A DNA stretch of 64,000 nt from Utricularia gibba (taxonomy: Eukaryota; Plantae; Magnoliophyta). The position numbers were made by a program, and so were the translations under genes. The notes beneath the pieces were generated by a model that searched no databases, had not been told where the DNA came from, and saw only the letters and a list, made by a program, of their open reading frames with translations. Below are positions 12,250-26,115 of the stretch, piece by piece. The stretch lies in assembly GCA_002189035.1 (NCBI GenBank), contig CM007990.1, positions 186,001 to 250,000 of the forward strand, written 5' to 3'. Each line of letters begins with the position of its first letter. Positions within the stretch are counted from its first letter, which is position 1.

Positions 12250-15200
12250 TCGGCGAGTTCGCAGTTTCCCGCCCATCCTCTTCTCCAGATTTGGGCGACT
12301 GTCACTCGTTTCTTGATTTTCGTCTCAGATTAGTTTTTTTCGTAAAATCCTGAATCCGATTTGAACGGTTTCGTTTTGTAGTGATGCGGTAGAAATTTAG
12401 TTGCAGATGCATCCGCGACTTCTTTATTCATTCGGCGATCTCTGGATCTGGTTTTTAGGTGGTGTCGTAGAAATTTAGGTTGTAATTTCGTTTTTTTCGT
12501 CATAGATGAGTTCTTATTCATGCGGCGATCTGTGGATCTGGTTTACGGATGGTATCTTTGCAATTAATTTCGCTATTTTCGTTATAGATGCAATCCGTGA
12601 GTTGTTATTCATATGGTGATATCCGGATCTGGTTTACGAATGATGTCGTAGGAATATCGCTTTGCAATTTTACTATTTTATTTGTTTTTCGTAGATAAGG
12701 CGTTAGAAATTTGTGTTCGTGATCAGTATTTTTTTTTCTTCTGCTGAATTTTTGCGACCAGTTCCGAGGAGTCTCTTGATCTGGTATGTCGATGATTTCG
12801 TGTTAGGTTATTCAGTGAATCCGATATTTTCTAGAGGAGTACTTTTTCGCAGATGCATTTTGTGATTTAGGTTAGTGATTATTAATTTTGTTTTAAAACT
12901 ATTTATGATCAATTCAGGTAGCAGTCCATTGAGTTTCACTGCCTATGAAATTTCAGGCGGATTGGAGTAGAGAGTAGAAAATTAAAATTTTCGTTCATGG
13001 GAGTCCTCGTGGTCATGCTCATACCCTAACTGAAGTTCTAGAGGTAGGATCCAAGAATATTGTGCGGGTTCATTAGAAGTCGTGGATAATTTTTGCAATC
13101 ATAAATTTCTCTCTGGTGGGATTAAACTTCAATTTGTAGGCAGACTATTTGAATCCATTAGTATTGTCATCCCACATCAAGTGTGTGATGGTTCTTGATC
13201 ATTTGTTGCATGAAGTATTATTTGTGTCAATTCTTGTGAAAGGCATTGGCTAATGTTCTTGGTGTTGCTACCCCTTGCATGCGGCAATCTGGAGGAGTAC
13301 CTGAGGGATCATCTTGTTGATGCCAGCCTAGTATTTCGATCAGTTAGCGCTTCGAAGAAAGTTCGTCTTATAAATCTTGCATTTTTATGTTCGCCTCTTC
13401 TCATCATCATCACTGTTCTTTTTCCATCCTCTTCTCAATGTTTCTGGTCTAGCCAGCAATGAATCCTCTCATTTTCAGTGTGCATTCCCTCGCTGTTTGA
13501 TTACTTCCATAGTTTGGAGTGCAAACCAGTAGGTAGGGTAGATAGGATAGCTTTCCATTTCTGGAGATCCACTTGTTAATGTGGAAGCATTTGGTACAGT
13601 TATTTACGCCTGGAAACTCATGTGCATTGAGTAAAAGACGGTATCTCCTTTAGATTTCATACTTCCAAAAAGGTAAGTAGTCTATGGATCTAGTAGTTAT
13701 ATGTGATGGATCTGGATCTACTTTGTTAGTAATGTTGTTGAATGGTTCTATGTTTCTTGAAGGGGAATGTACGCGATAACGGTTTGGTTTCATAGGGCAA
13801 TACCTTTATGGGCATTTCCTTGGTCATCATTATCTTGCTTGCGGTATTTCCATTGAAAAATAAAATCTTTCTTGCGATATAGTTTCTTAACTTAAATATT
13901 GGTTATGTATTCTTTTACATGTCTCCATCTCTTTCAGTTGTTTGTATTGGAAGAATATTTATCGATGCAAGTAAACCAATATGTATTCCTAATCCATATG
14001 TATTAGAAGTATCCATATATTGGTTATATATTCTTGCAATCTCTTTTACAGGGTCACATATATATGACCAATATATGGTTATATATACATATATAATACA
14101 TAAGAATATTCTTGTAATATGTATTCCATATATTGGTTATATATCCATAAGGCATCAATTGGTTATATATTCTTTTACAGGGTCACATAGCATTGCGGTG
14201 GGACTTGTGTGGCCCATTGATGTCTTATGGGCCACACAAGACATATGGGCTATAAGACTCAACTGCCCAAATGCTATGTGACAAAGATGTATCCATGACT
14301 CAACTGCCCAGATGTATCCATATAAGACCAAATGCTGTCACATTTGGTCTTATTACGACTTCTGGGCTATAATACGGCCCAAATGTGACAGCATACGGAC
14401 TTTTGTATTGATGATATGATCACGGCCCAACTCAACTTTTATGGACTTTTGTGTTGACAAAGAGAACTTTTACGTAATTTTAGTAGATGATCCTAATTTT
14501 GGAGAAATACGTGTTCTATTGTTCATAAGGCGAACACAGAATTCAATGGACAATAGAACTCCATTACCAACTTCCGTCAAAACCCTCTTTAAAAGATTGT
14601 ATGAAACTATTCGAGTAAGTTCAGCGCAAGGATTCTCATATTAAACTATTGTATGAAACGTTCATTTAAAAATAACGGAGATGAACTTTATGCCAGTTGT
14701 TAATCTAAAAATTACTAACCTTGGAGAACCGTCAGGGCTCGATTTGCGTTAGCGTTACAGAAAAAGAAGGATTAGACAAATGGTTTTTCATGTAATTCTG
14801 ATTCCTCTACAAACAAGACGGCGTCAATATTCAAAATAACAAAATATATGATCTAATTAAGCTTTTATTCAGATCTGTAAAACATACATTTCTTATCCAT
14901 ATATTGACATTCAATTTCGAATTGAACTTAAAACTAATAACTCCACACAATGGTGAACTCGCTCATTAAAAAGTAACAAAAGATCGCAATCGACCCATTT
15001 TTACTGAGCTAAAGGATATATTGACATTCACATGCACCCTCCCCACAGTTCAAAATAGTAAAACCTCAAATTTAAAATCTACTGCTACTCGAACTATTTC
15101 ATCAAAGGGCACACCTAACTCGGAGACAGGGCGTGGTGTAGCAAAAATAAGAAAACAAAAACCATTGCAATAGAGACTTACCCATACTTCTTCCTGGTTA

Positions 15201-16450
15201 TAACTTCCACAACTGCGAACAATGTTGAATATGTAAGTCTTAATTGAAGGTAGGCACGACGAAGAATATCATCAAGCGGCATTCATAATAGCGTACCTTC
15301 AGCTTTGTACCTATGCAAGTTTTTTGCTGAAAATGTATGATTCCTGCACACGTTTTATAACAAGTATAGATTATAACCGACAGAGATTGCATGTGCAACG
15401 CTGTTGCATCTGGTCGGCATATCTTGCTTTCTCCCTTCATATTGGTGGCTTATTACAGGAATCTAGGCATCGAGCTATCTAAAGCGGTGCCAGCCACTCC
15501 AATTCAAAGGTCTGAACAAAACCGAAATTCGACTGCTGCACTACATTAGAAAACAATAATAATGATTAGAACAATTTCAAGTCCAAAACAATTGACTCAT
15601 TACGGAGGACGAATATATTGAGAGTACATGGCAGCGTGCTTAGGAGCTTTTTTACATAAAACAACAAAGATTTTAACGCTTATCATTTTTCTATTCAGTA
15701 CAATGCATGATTCCAATGATTAAGCTTAAAAAACCGCATAAAACTTCAATTGGAAAATCATAATCAGATGAATTTCCCGGCGTTATCATTGGATTTTACG
15801 AATCAAACTATTTGATCTAATTCAAGGATTTGAAAATGGAAAAAAGAAAATTCAACTGTTGTAGAACACGTGGAGAAACAAAAACAATGATTATGAAAAC
15901 CTTGATTCTGAGAAACACGCCGAACAACCTCATTAATCCTACACAACAGGATAAGTAGGCTCTAAATACCTTGTAGAACTTCAGATCTGACTTATCATAA
16001 TCCATCGAACATTTCGTGCCATCGCGAGACACCTTGGAATAAATTTGAAACGAGATCAAAATATTCGCTCGAGATATCACTATTCAAAAAAATGCATGAA
16101 TGTCGAAAGCGGAATCTGAATACCTCATAAAACTTCAGATCTGACAGATCGTAATCAATCGAAGTGATAAGGTAAAGACACACTTTACATTATGCAGAAA
16201 CACAGACCTCGCCATTCCGCATCAGTCTGGAACCGGTAATTCTCGATTCCGATTGAAGCACCGGGGCGGTATACCATCAGAAGTCTTAGCCGCCTTATTC
16301 GAGGGAGGCAAACCTGAAGGCGATTTGAAAATTGAAATGTAAAATGAAACCTCCGTTTGGGCGGGACAGGTATTTATAATTTATAAATTAAAAGCAAATT
16401 TTAATTAATATTCATGCAAATTATGATGAATGTTTCATTGAGTACGACGT
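12250..16450. mobile_element. Gene-poor AT-rich island with degenerate tandem repeats and fold-backs; probable decayed transposon remnants (family unresolved)
   Basis: No recognisable ORF over ~4 kb in an otherwise packed region. Roughly 100-bp degenerate repeats containing GGATCTGGTTT (12400-12650), hairpin cluster at 14204-14395, repeated AACTTCAGATCTGAC (15977, 16130). No transposase motif or TIR identified. Confidence 0.3.
14204..14395. repeat. Cluster of perfect inverted repeats and short direct repeats
   Basis: CTTGTGTGGCCCAT/ATGGGCCACACAAG (14204-14240, 14-bp arms); ATAAGACCAAATG/CATTTGGTCTTAT (14322-14353, 13-bp arms); GACTCAACTGCCCA x2; GATGTATCCAT x2. Confidence 0.8.
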
Positions 16451-16863
16451 CGTACACCTTGAACTGGTAGCATCATGACATGCAACACAGACAAATGGTT
16501 TAGGGGTTACCGAAAGTTCAGAAACCATTTCATTCCCGAGACGCCGACGACCCATCGGAAGCCGATCTCCTCTACCAGCAGTTTCCAATTGCTGCGCTGC
16601 AATATGACCTCCGAATCGGAGCCGGAGGAATGAAGAACTTCACCCCACATTACGTCGCCGTTAACCTTCACTTGTGAGTACTGTAATTGTACCGCCGGCG
16701 CCGATCATTTCTAAGTCGTTTGCCGTTCCGTCGGGAGAACGTCGATGGAAAGAGCTGTCGATCTGAAGCTTAGCGCAATCCAAGCCGTGTGTTCTTCTAG
16801 CTACTCCGATCCTGGGTATGTTACTTATAAAGATGCACCAATTCCCCAGATCTGGCCACCGAA

Positions 16864-17304
16864 ATGGCGTCCTCCGATCAGATCCCCGTCATAGAGGTGG
16901 ACTCCTCTCTCTCAATTCGTCAAGTTGAAACTTCTTTTTTTTCACCCAATCTCGTCGAGGCATGGGAGCACGTGAGAGCGGAGAATGCGAGGTACTGCGG
17001 GTGGATTCCGGTAGTGGCCGATTACTACGAACTCACAGTTCTCAGATATACAGAACTGGTACAGTTTGGCCACTGTGCTTCAGGAGGCGGATATTCCGAA
17101 GATGAAGAAAGTGCTTGGAACAATGGCGTCGGATGCCGAGGAATGGATTCTGATGATTTTATTTCACTTGTGTATGAGTTTTGGCTGAGAAGAAGCCGTA
17201 CTCCAGTGTTGTTTTTTGTTTATCCGAAACCCCAGGCTCTAATTGATCACAACGAAAAATCCACTGAATCTACTCTACTTGTTCTCCAACAATATGCTAC
17301 CTGA
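16864..17304 (+). CDS. Hypothetical intronless ORF (146 aa), no family recognised
   Basis: Open 146-codon frame with protein-like composition. It may join an upstream ATG at ~16746 if one A is missing at 16860-16864. No recognised motif. Confidence 0.3.
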   Translation: MASSDQIPVIEVDSSLSIRQVETSFFSPNLVEAWEHVRAENARYCGWIPVVADYYELTVLRYTELVQFGHCASGGGYSEDEESAWNNGVGCRGMDSDDFISLVYEFWLRRSRTPVLFFVYPKPQALIDHNEKSTESTLLVLQQYAT

Positions 17305-17318
17305 ATCACGCTGGAGGT

Positions 17319-20300
17319 TCACCGGAAAGTTGCACTCCGGTTTCCGGATGCCGGAAAAGCCTGGCGCCTCCTACCCTGTGATGGTTCATCAGTTTGCGAT
17401 TGACCACGAGGCTGCGAGATTTTGTTCCCAACTTTTTTCCTGATGTTACCATGGCCATCTTCCTTGCGGTTTTCCCCAAACTTCACCTGGCTTCTAGCAG
17501 CTTCATAGTCGAATGGTTTAACCGGCAAGGGCGAGGGGCTCTTCGAGGATTGAGGCGCAACCGATTCTGGACTTTCACCACGGTCTGGTGAGGCTAAACA
17601 CCTTTCGAAGCTGGACGAGAGCTCATCCAGGGACATCGACTCTTCGTCTACCTCTGCAGGGTCTGAAGTCGATCCAACTTTGATTGTTTCAGGCGGTTTT
17701 GATTCATCTTGAGAGGTGGCAGCAGCTGGAGAGGGCTCGTCTTCTGAATCATCTAAAGTAATGATATCCTCCCGAGGCAAACCCCTTGCCGAATCACTTT
17801 CTGATGCAGTGTCCTGTGTCTTGGGAGGAGATTCTGCAGGTTTGGTTTCCGGTTGACTGCCGCCAGAAAATGTATGAAACGGTAGACTCACGCAAGATTT
17901 TATTTGTTCCAATTTGTTTTCCTGGAAGTTGCATGAGAAAACCAGTAAAGAGTTGAAAATCAATTCCTACTGAACAGCCCCGACAACACAGGAAAACACA
18001 GGCAGTATACAATATAATGTGCTTGAAACTTACACTTCGGGCAGGTTCAAGTCTCCTCTTAACAGAATTTCCAAGCATTGCACCAAGCCCTCCTCCTGGC
18101 TTCTTCAGTATCTGGACGGACACCTCAGGCTAGAAGCAGTAATAAGGGGTTAATTGCAATATATTCGGCAATTAAAGTACAAGAAAAGAGAATCTAGCTC
18201 ACCAATTTGTGAGTATTGGAGTCATTACGATCTGCATGAGCAGATGATGTTGCAACCCGAACAGAAATAGGCCGACCATTTGTGCTATCTTTGTCCCTTG
18301 CTGCATCTTCGGATTTGGGATTTGCACTCAGAACAGCTGAAGCACTTGTATTAGCTTCGATTTTTGCTACAGCAGGATCTTCAGAAGGTGACGCTTCTGG
18401 TTCTTCGCTAGTGAAGGCTTTCACTTCTCTCGACTGTACACATGGTAGTATATGTATTAGAATTTACAAGTCAACTTGAGAAAAAAAAAAACATAAAAGA
18501 TCAGAGAAAATGCAGGATAAAGTTGTGATCATCGCTCAAAGGATTGGAAGCATCAAAGAGTTTACATATCAGATGCACACTACAAGAATCTTCTAATAGT
18601 GAAACCAGGTGTTGTCAAAGAGAACAAAGCAAAATCAACAAGAGCAAACAACCAAAGATCCATCAATCTGAAGCTCACCATTTCCAGCTTCCGTTCTTTA
18701 AGATACTTAACACCCTCCTCAAACTGAGAGGAATTTTGGACAGAGTGCCTGACTATACTCACAACAGTACCAAGATTCTTCTCGATGTACGGGAGCTTGG
18801 ACTTCAAAATCCGGCGCAGCTGATTCGTAGTGAGAGGCATCTGTTTAGCTTTATCAAGAAATAACAGCCCCCTGAGTCAACATGTACTTGCAAAATAGGA
18901 GAACCCGGAGGGGAACATAATTACCAGAAGGTTTGACCTACCAATTTCCAAGAGCGTCCTGTTGGGTAAAATATAACCAGTGCTCTCATCTTCTGCACGA
19001 GCAACAGAATCTCTCCACTGACTGAGACCCTGGACAACATTCACAAATTTTTGATAAAGATGCAGGTTGGTTTTTTTTTAAGAACAATGAGAAATTAAAA
19101 AAAAGCGAATAAATCATCAATTTCTTAGAGAATTCAAGCTGACTCATGTGAGAGATATCTGAGAAGAAAAACAGGTAAAGGGTGCTACGAAGAAACTTAC
19201 GGATACAACCGCAAGCTGCTGTGCGTTAAGCTCAGCCTCATGCAACCTGTTCAATATGAACAAAAGTGGCCTTCATACAATAAAGATGACATATAAATCA
19301 CCACATTGCTGGGGAAGAGTTTATAATACCCATAAATGTAGAGGTATGACGTATCTGTAAGAAGCTCTTTTTCATAGAGTGGCACGCATAAATCATAACT
19401 GCGTTTATAGACCTGCCAATAGGAAAACCAACTTCAGCTAGATTTGAACACTGTCAGTGGTTTGGTACAACAATCTTCCCATCCTACACTAATATTTTCT
19501 CAACCATCTGTAGCAATACATTTTTAGGTTTCTATTTAATAGAGAGGACTCCAGAAATCGAAATGAAATGAGGAATATCCATGATCTTACATCAACAAGA
19601 GGAGGATCAGAACTTTCAGGGTCAGCAGGTGCCGCAAGTAGCTTCATCCTCATAATATCATAGATATACAACAAATAGTGTGTGTCTTCCCTAGCATATC
19701 TGAGAAAATATTACTAATTAAGTACAATTGCAACCACAACAACCAAACGCTTTCAAACAATCATTTAATAATGATTAGATTGAACGACAAATAAACACTC
19801 AGTTAAAATAGAAATAGAGAATAGTTTATAAGAATTCACACCATAAAAAAGTGGCAAAAAAGATTGTAATTACTTCAACATCTCTTCAGGGAGTGGCCTA
19901 ATTCTCCAGTCCGCATTCTGGTATCTGTAGCAGATAAGTATCCCGTTAAAAAAAAAGTGGTCTAACCACTAGATTGTTTTAGTTTTCCCATTTTGATTTT
20001 TCTTAAATTTTATGAAACTAAACCATTCACTCTTTGTTCGCAGAGGAAAATGTGCAAAAAAAAAAAAAAGAGAATATGGCGTAAACTAAGAAAGATCTTA
20101 CTCTTTGTTTGCAGCAACTCCACAAAACTGATTCAAGAGATACTCCAAGCTGTGTCTCTCCAACTTCAGCACCCTGGAAGCCTATAAAAAATAAGAATCA
20201 ATCATATAATATAGGGAGCTAAAACTTGATTCTTTTTTTCCTTCTCACAATCTTTCTGCACTTAAACTGGTGGCATTCGTAGGTATAAATCATTCAACTT

Positions 20301-21919
20301 TGAAGACAAATAGGTGATAAACATTATTAATCCGTGTTCCACGTTTGAACATAGATGAAGGCAGCATTTAGAAAGATAAAAAAAAGAAGAACACTCTTGC
20401 TAGTAGCCAAATGCAAGATTCAGCAGTGTACCAGCCAAAAAAGAAAAAAGATATTGATCTTCTATGCATAACAGAACATTTGAATGGTTCCAGGTAATTA
20501 CGGGGAAAAAACGAAATAAGCATCCCCCAAAAGGAAATATAAATTTCTTAGAGGGTAAAGTATCAACCATCACATATATATGTTCATTTCAAGTACCTGC
20601 CCTGTGTCGAACATATTGCAAACATATATTCCAAAATCCCGCTGAAGCCATAAGATGTCATGATTTGCTCCATGTAGTACCTAAAATTAAACAATATATA
20701 TATCAAGCAAGAAAAGAAAATGAATAACAAATTGAACATTCACCAGCACGCGTACCTTTCTTTTTGTTGGATCTTTAAAAACCTCCCTAAGATGAGGACC
20801 AATATGAACACGCAATTTCAAAGTATCTATGACAAAATCTTCAGATCTAGTGGATATTTGCATCAGGCAAGTTATCCCTTGAAATGACCTGTACTGGTTG
20901 TGTTCCAAATCAACCTAGAAAAAAATAAAATAAAACAGCTCTGAAGAGCGATCCTGAAAAAATGCAGAGCAAAACAGCAAGATGAAAAACTTGACCAGAG
21001 TATTACCGCAAATTCATCAACATCACGCAACTTAATGGCCAGCTGCTTCAAATCCTTCACCTCTTCCACAAACTTAAAAGGTGTAACCTCAACGGGCAGG
21101 GGTTCTACAGGCTCAATGCTGTCAAACTTATCAACGAAGTCTATAAAAGAGTACTTCTCCTACATATGCAGCGGAATTCGATCACCAAGGGGAATGGGAC
21201 CAAAAAGAACGAAATTTGAATTGAGTGGCACAAGGACTAACCAAAGGATGTAAAAACCTAGATGTGTCTTCGCTTTTCTGCAACCAGACATGATCAAATG
21301 GCTGATTTGCGTTATTCACAATAATCTTGTATTCATCCTGTGGGCGTGGAATCGAAGGTACATGAAATGGAACCTTAGGCTTCAACTTCGCTGCCATTTT
21401 CACACTGTTTCCACCCTCTATGTTCCTATCACAACCGTGGGAAGATTTTTTACTCTTCTTACCGGTAACTACCCGGAATCCATTTTCTGCTTCATCGTCT
21501 TCGTCAACTCTCATATTCCTAACACCAGTCCTCTCTTCTTCATCCCTGCGCGCGTTGAACTCATCCAGTGATATATCAAACCTTTCAAAAATTTCATCAT
21601 TGATATTCACCAGCCAATCTAACCCCACATCGTCGTCCAACTCGACGTCCCTTTCACTTGGGAAAGGAATATGCTTCCCAAACAGTTTCTCCGATTTCCC
21701 GACTTTTTCCAGCAAATATTTCGACGTTTTATCGATTTCCTCAACCGGATTCCTGAATTCTCGAAAGTTATTGTAGAAATGGAAGTCCTTTTCTGACGGT
21801 ATGCCTCGGGATGAGCCTGACAGTTTCGCCACTGAAGTTCGCAAACCACCGCTTTTGGTGAGGCTTCTCAAAACGTCGCGTTTCACAGAAACCTCGTCAT
21901 CCGCCTCATCGATTTCCAT
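17319..21919 (-). CDS. RRP6L2: RRP6-like 2 exosome 3'-5' exonuclease (PMC2NT, DEDDy, HRDC), multi-exon
   Basis: [90 protein letters not shown]-terminus [16 protein letters not shown]. An alternative start at 21937 is possible. Confidence 0.93.
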
Positions 21920-22481
21920 CACTCCTTCTGTGGGCATTCGCAAAAACGAACTAGGGTTTAAGAGGTCTCCACGCCCCCACCCAGAAGCTGCCGATTTTGT
22001 TTGCAATCAAACAATTTCAGAATTGTGCACAAGAGGAATATCAAAAAGAGTTGGGGGTCGCAATGCAAATACGAATCCCTTCAATTCCGGAGCCTTGATG
22101 AACTTCTACAAGTCGTCGACAACACATTTTACCATTTTAGGCATTACATTGGGCGACGCAATGAATTTCCGAACTCATTCCCCGATTCTTCGTCCCTAGG
22201 CCCATGCTCGAATTCAATGTCGTCAAGACCCTGACACGTGTCCAAGTATATGGGCCAAAACAGACCCTCTATGAGTGGGCCGGCCCATATTCTATGCGTC
22301 CAGCCCAAAATATCAAATCTCGGATAAAAATCAACTAAAGTGATGCAAATTTCGACGATGAACTCAAAAATTGTATAACAAAAACAAGCCCTAAAGCTCA
22401 GGAGCACCAGCTGACCCTTCATCTCCTCCTCCTCCTCACGAAGACACTACATTACTGGCCCAGGCCCAAAATCCTCTTATT

Positions 22482-23940
22482 TCAGTCATCAGGTGAACTG
22501 GGCGTCCTAACGAATCGTCCCTACAAAGCAGAGCAGAGCAGATTAGAATGGGGAGTTGGGTTAGAATGAGAGAGAGGCTGTGGAGGTGGGGGGTTACCTT
22601 CACTCTGGGCCGTTGATCTGCGTTCACCTTTCGAACTTCATATCTAATCTTTTTGGAAAAAAGACGTGTCCGACGCTTTTCCTTGTATCGCTGGACACTT
22701 GCTTCCCGCATCCCGCTATTCTCGGAGAAGAGGTCTATTTGGGCTAACCTTGCCTGCATGTTATTCAGATTATTTTCTTAGTCCCGGTTTGGTTGGTGCC
22801 AAGTGCTAACGCCCCCATGCCCGGAAAAAAGTTTCGTTTTTCTTCAAAAAGTCAGACTTTAACAGTACGGTGAAAAAACATGGTGACAAGATGGTATTCA
22901 ATATTAATAACTTGAACGAGTAAAACACGTGGGGTGCAGAGATGTACATACGTGGACATCGTTTCCGGCGGATTCCGCACCCGGAGAGTCGCCGGGAAAC
23001 GGCGAGGCTTTATCTGACCACTCCCTTAAAACGTCGTCGTAGTTCAATTTCAGAATCAATCCCGGTTCATGCGGAGGCAGAGGATCTTCGGAAACCTCTG
23101 TTTTCGTATCCAGATTTCCCTTCCCCCTTTGCAGTTCGAGGTTTTCGCTTCAGCCGTGTTCTTCTTATTCTTCTTCTTCTTCTTTTCACAAGGAACCTTA
23201 CTCGTATTGGGAGTCACATCGATGAAGCTCAGGCAAGGGTAACTGGCCCAATTCGCGGTGTCCGCACTTCTAAGTGCTCTGACTGGAGTGGGGAATCCGT
23301 ATTCGAATCCGAGGCCAATTGGGTAGCCGTAGCAGAAGTTGTTATTCTGGGGGCTGTTATTGGCAGTCGCGATGTCGTCTGCTTCGCTGTCTAGTGTTAT
23401 ATTTCCCATGATGCTGTCGATTCCTTCACCAATTTCCCCATCCAGAATAGATTCTGCATCGAAATCCTCCCGATATTCATCGCAGACTTCAGAGGAATCT
23501 CCCCGGGAATTGATTTCTCCGGGGCTAAAACACGGTTTTTCCAATGAATTGAATCCATTTGGATCTTGAGGCAAATGGGAGATTTCAACAAGAGGGGAAT
23601 GAAGCAAAGAGATGAGCAGTTCTTGGGGCTCGAAGAGAATGGTATTGCCGTTGCTGGTTTTCTTTCCGGTGGCTTTAACCAAGTGCCTGGTTTGGAAAAT
23701 TTTAGGATAGGCAGTGGAGAGAAGCGCCGCCGCCTCGTTATATGTCTGATTGGGGCGTTTCCGAGGAGTACGAGGCTTTCTAGTGGAGATTGTAAGAGGT
23801 GAATTGGTGGACTCCGACAGAGTCGATGATGGAGAAGAAGAACTCGAAATCCAAGAAGTAGACGGAGATTTAATCACCTCAAGTCCCAATGAGTCCAAAC
23901 TGTACGCTCTTCCTCCCCCACTACTCAACAAGGAAGACAT
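22482..23940 (-). CDS. CIA2: CHLOROPLAST IMPORT APPARATUS 2 / CIA2-like CCT-domain protein, 3 exons; one -1 frameshift at C5 23123-23127
   Basis: [10 protein letters not shown]...[32 protein letters not shown]; [21 protein letters not shown]; [21 protein letters not shown]; CCT domain [42 protein letters not shown]. Confidence 0.9.
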
Positions 23941-26115
23941 TGTTGCAGCTTCAATCTCTCCCAATTCTCCAAAACCTCAATAAACCCCTTCAAAACCCAG
24001 TACCCGGAATGACATCAGCTACAGCTAAACCCACAAAACAAGTGAGGCTTTTCACGGCAACAAGACAGCAAGTTGAATCTCCGGAACAGAGAGAAATGAG
24101 GAAATGCAGGAGTAAGAGAGAAAAGATGAGGATTTGAGAGAAGATTAGTACAGAGAGCAACCCTGCAACCATTCGTTTCCATCCATCATGTTCCCGTATT
24201 TAAAATGAACCAAAAACGATGCAGCCGGATCTGGTGCGAAGGTGGAAGAGACAGCCTTCAGCTTCTCTTCGTCAAAGGACCCACCGCCTTCATGAGCAAT
24301 TACCCATTTTACCCCACACCAACAATCCCCTTTTTTTTTCTACTGAATTTTCGAAAATCAATTATTCCATCACACTTCCCACGTACACTATTATCCTGTT
24401 CAATAACGCTAAACGAGTACTCGCCCTCGAGCAAAAGCATCTGAATTTGTACCAAAAAGCAATTTTATTTAATATTTATTTCTCAATATAATATTTCCAA
24501 GGGTGAAAAAAGACGGGAGGGTAAAAAGGTAACCTAATCCGAAAGGCAGTTGCATGGATTTCCCGATAGGGCTTACTGGTTCCCCCTCTACGCGCGTCTG
24601 GGAAAAGCGTCCCCTTATCCGCTGACATGTCAGCATCCCATTGGTCGCTGGGATTTCAGCAGCTGCTCCCCCATTGGTTGCCGGAGATATTAAATGGCAC
24701 CGGAGTGGGCGTCGCGAGGATAAAATTTTAATTTCATTTTTCAAAAGGATTAAAATAAATATTTTGGCAACTTGTGAGGACTTCTGCGGCTCCGAGGTAT
24801 CAAACGTCGACGGTTTTGGGTTCATGGGATTGTGATGACGAATAAAGAAGAGCACCAATCACATTCTCCCAAACCCTAATTTCCATTTATTAATTTGAAC
24901 AAGTGAGCACCACGCACCCTAGTGGCCCTGAATTTAAAACATATAGGAGCTATTAATTTCAGGCTCACTTTATATGAGTATTTTAAGGTATCTTTTCAGA
25001 AGATATTTCCAGAAATATCCTACCCTTATCCTCCAATTGAAATTTACCACTCATATATGAATTTCAAAATTACCAAAAAAAATAAAAACTAAATAATGCA
25101 TCTCTAAATAAAAATCCTGCATCCTTAGATTTTTTTTATTTTTTAATTTCCAAGATGTGTGATTGAATGTAGAGTTAGATCTTGGCCACAAACGTTGCTG
25201 TCCCAGGATGCTGTTGTGGGCGGCCTTATCCCTCTCTCGGACAACTTATGGCCTTTGATTTCATTTAGATAGAATCAAGGGCAGAGACGGTCAATTTCAG
25301 GCGTGGGGCATCTTTGTCCTTTCGTTTTCAAAAACCCATTTCGAATTTATATAAATTTATGGATATTTTAATATAGTTTTAATATATTCTGTTGGTTAAA
25401 AAAATCTTATTTATTGTAATTTAAAAAAAAAAGTAGATTTAGATAGTGGGAAAATAGTTTTATTTAAATATAATATTCAACTTTAATATTCCAAGACCAG
25501 TTTGCAAATTGCAAGGATCAGGCCATCAGGACTAGAATGTAATAGTGCATTCATTACTGCTGGGCCGTGGAAACTCCATAAGGTGGTTCTCGGCCTAAAT
25601 GCTATGGGCTTATTTTTCAAAAGTTGGGAATTATAATAACGGGCCAATAATGTGCGTATTTGTCGGGCCGAGCCTAGGGTTGAATTGGACACCCACCTGC
25701 CATGTGCTCGATAAAATTCCTCACTAGGTGTATGGTGTTCGCTCTTTTGTGGATGGACTTTGCCTGGCTAATAACTTGCACTCTGAACTATCATTCCGAT
25801 CCCATATGCACAGTTTCAAGAAACCATGTTGGAATAACCGGGAAATGGAAACCGTTTCATGAGGCACTGGTACATGACACTGTTCTATCCGTTATCTATG
25901 TAGGACCCGATTTTATCTGTTTGCTTTGGTGTCTTCTCTCTGCAACTACAGTGCTCCCTCGTGACTGGGGAAGAACAATAATTCAGTTTGTGGGGGCACA
26001 AGAAATATGATTCAGAAGAAAGAGGAGTACAGTGCTAAGGGGTGCAGAAGTAAAGATGAAAGCATCTTCAAAGACTGAGGCCGTGGTTCAATAACAATCT
26101 CCAAAACAAGGCAAC

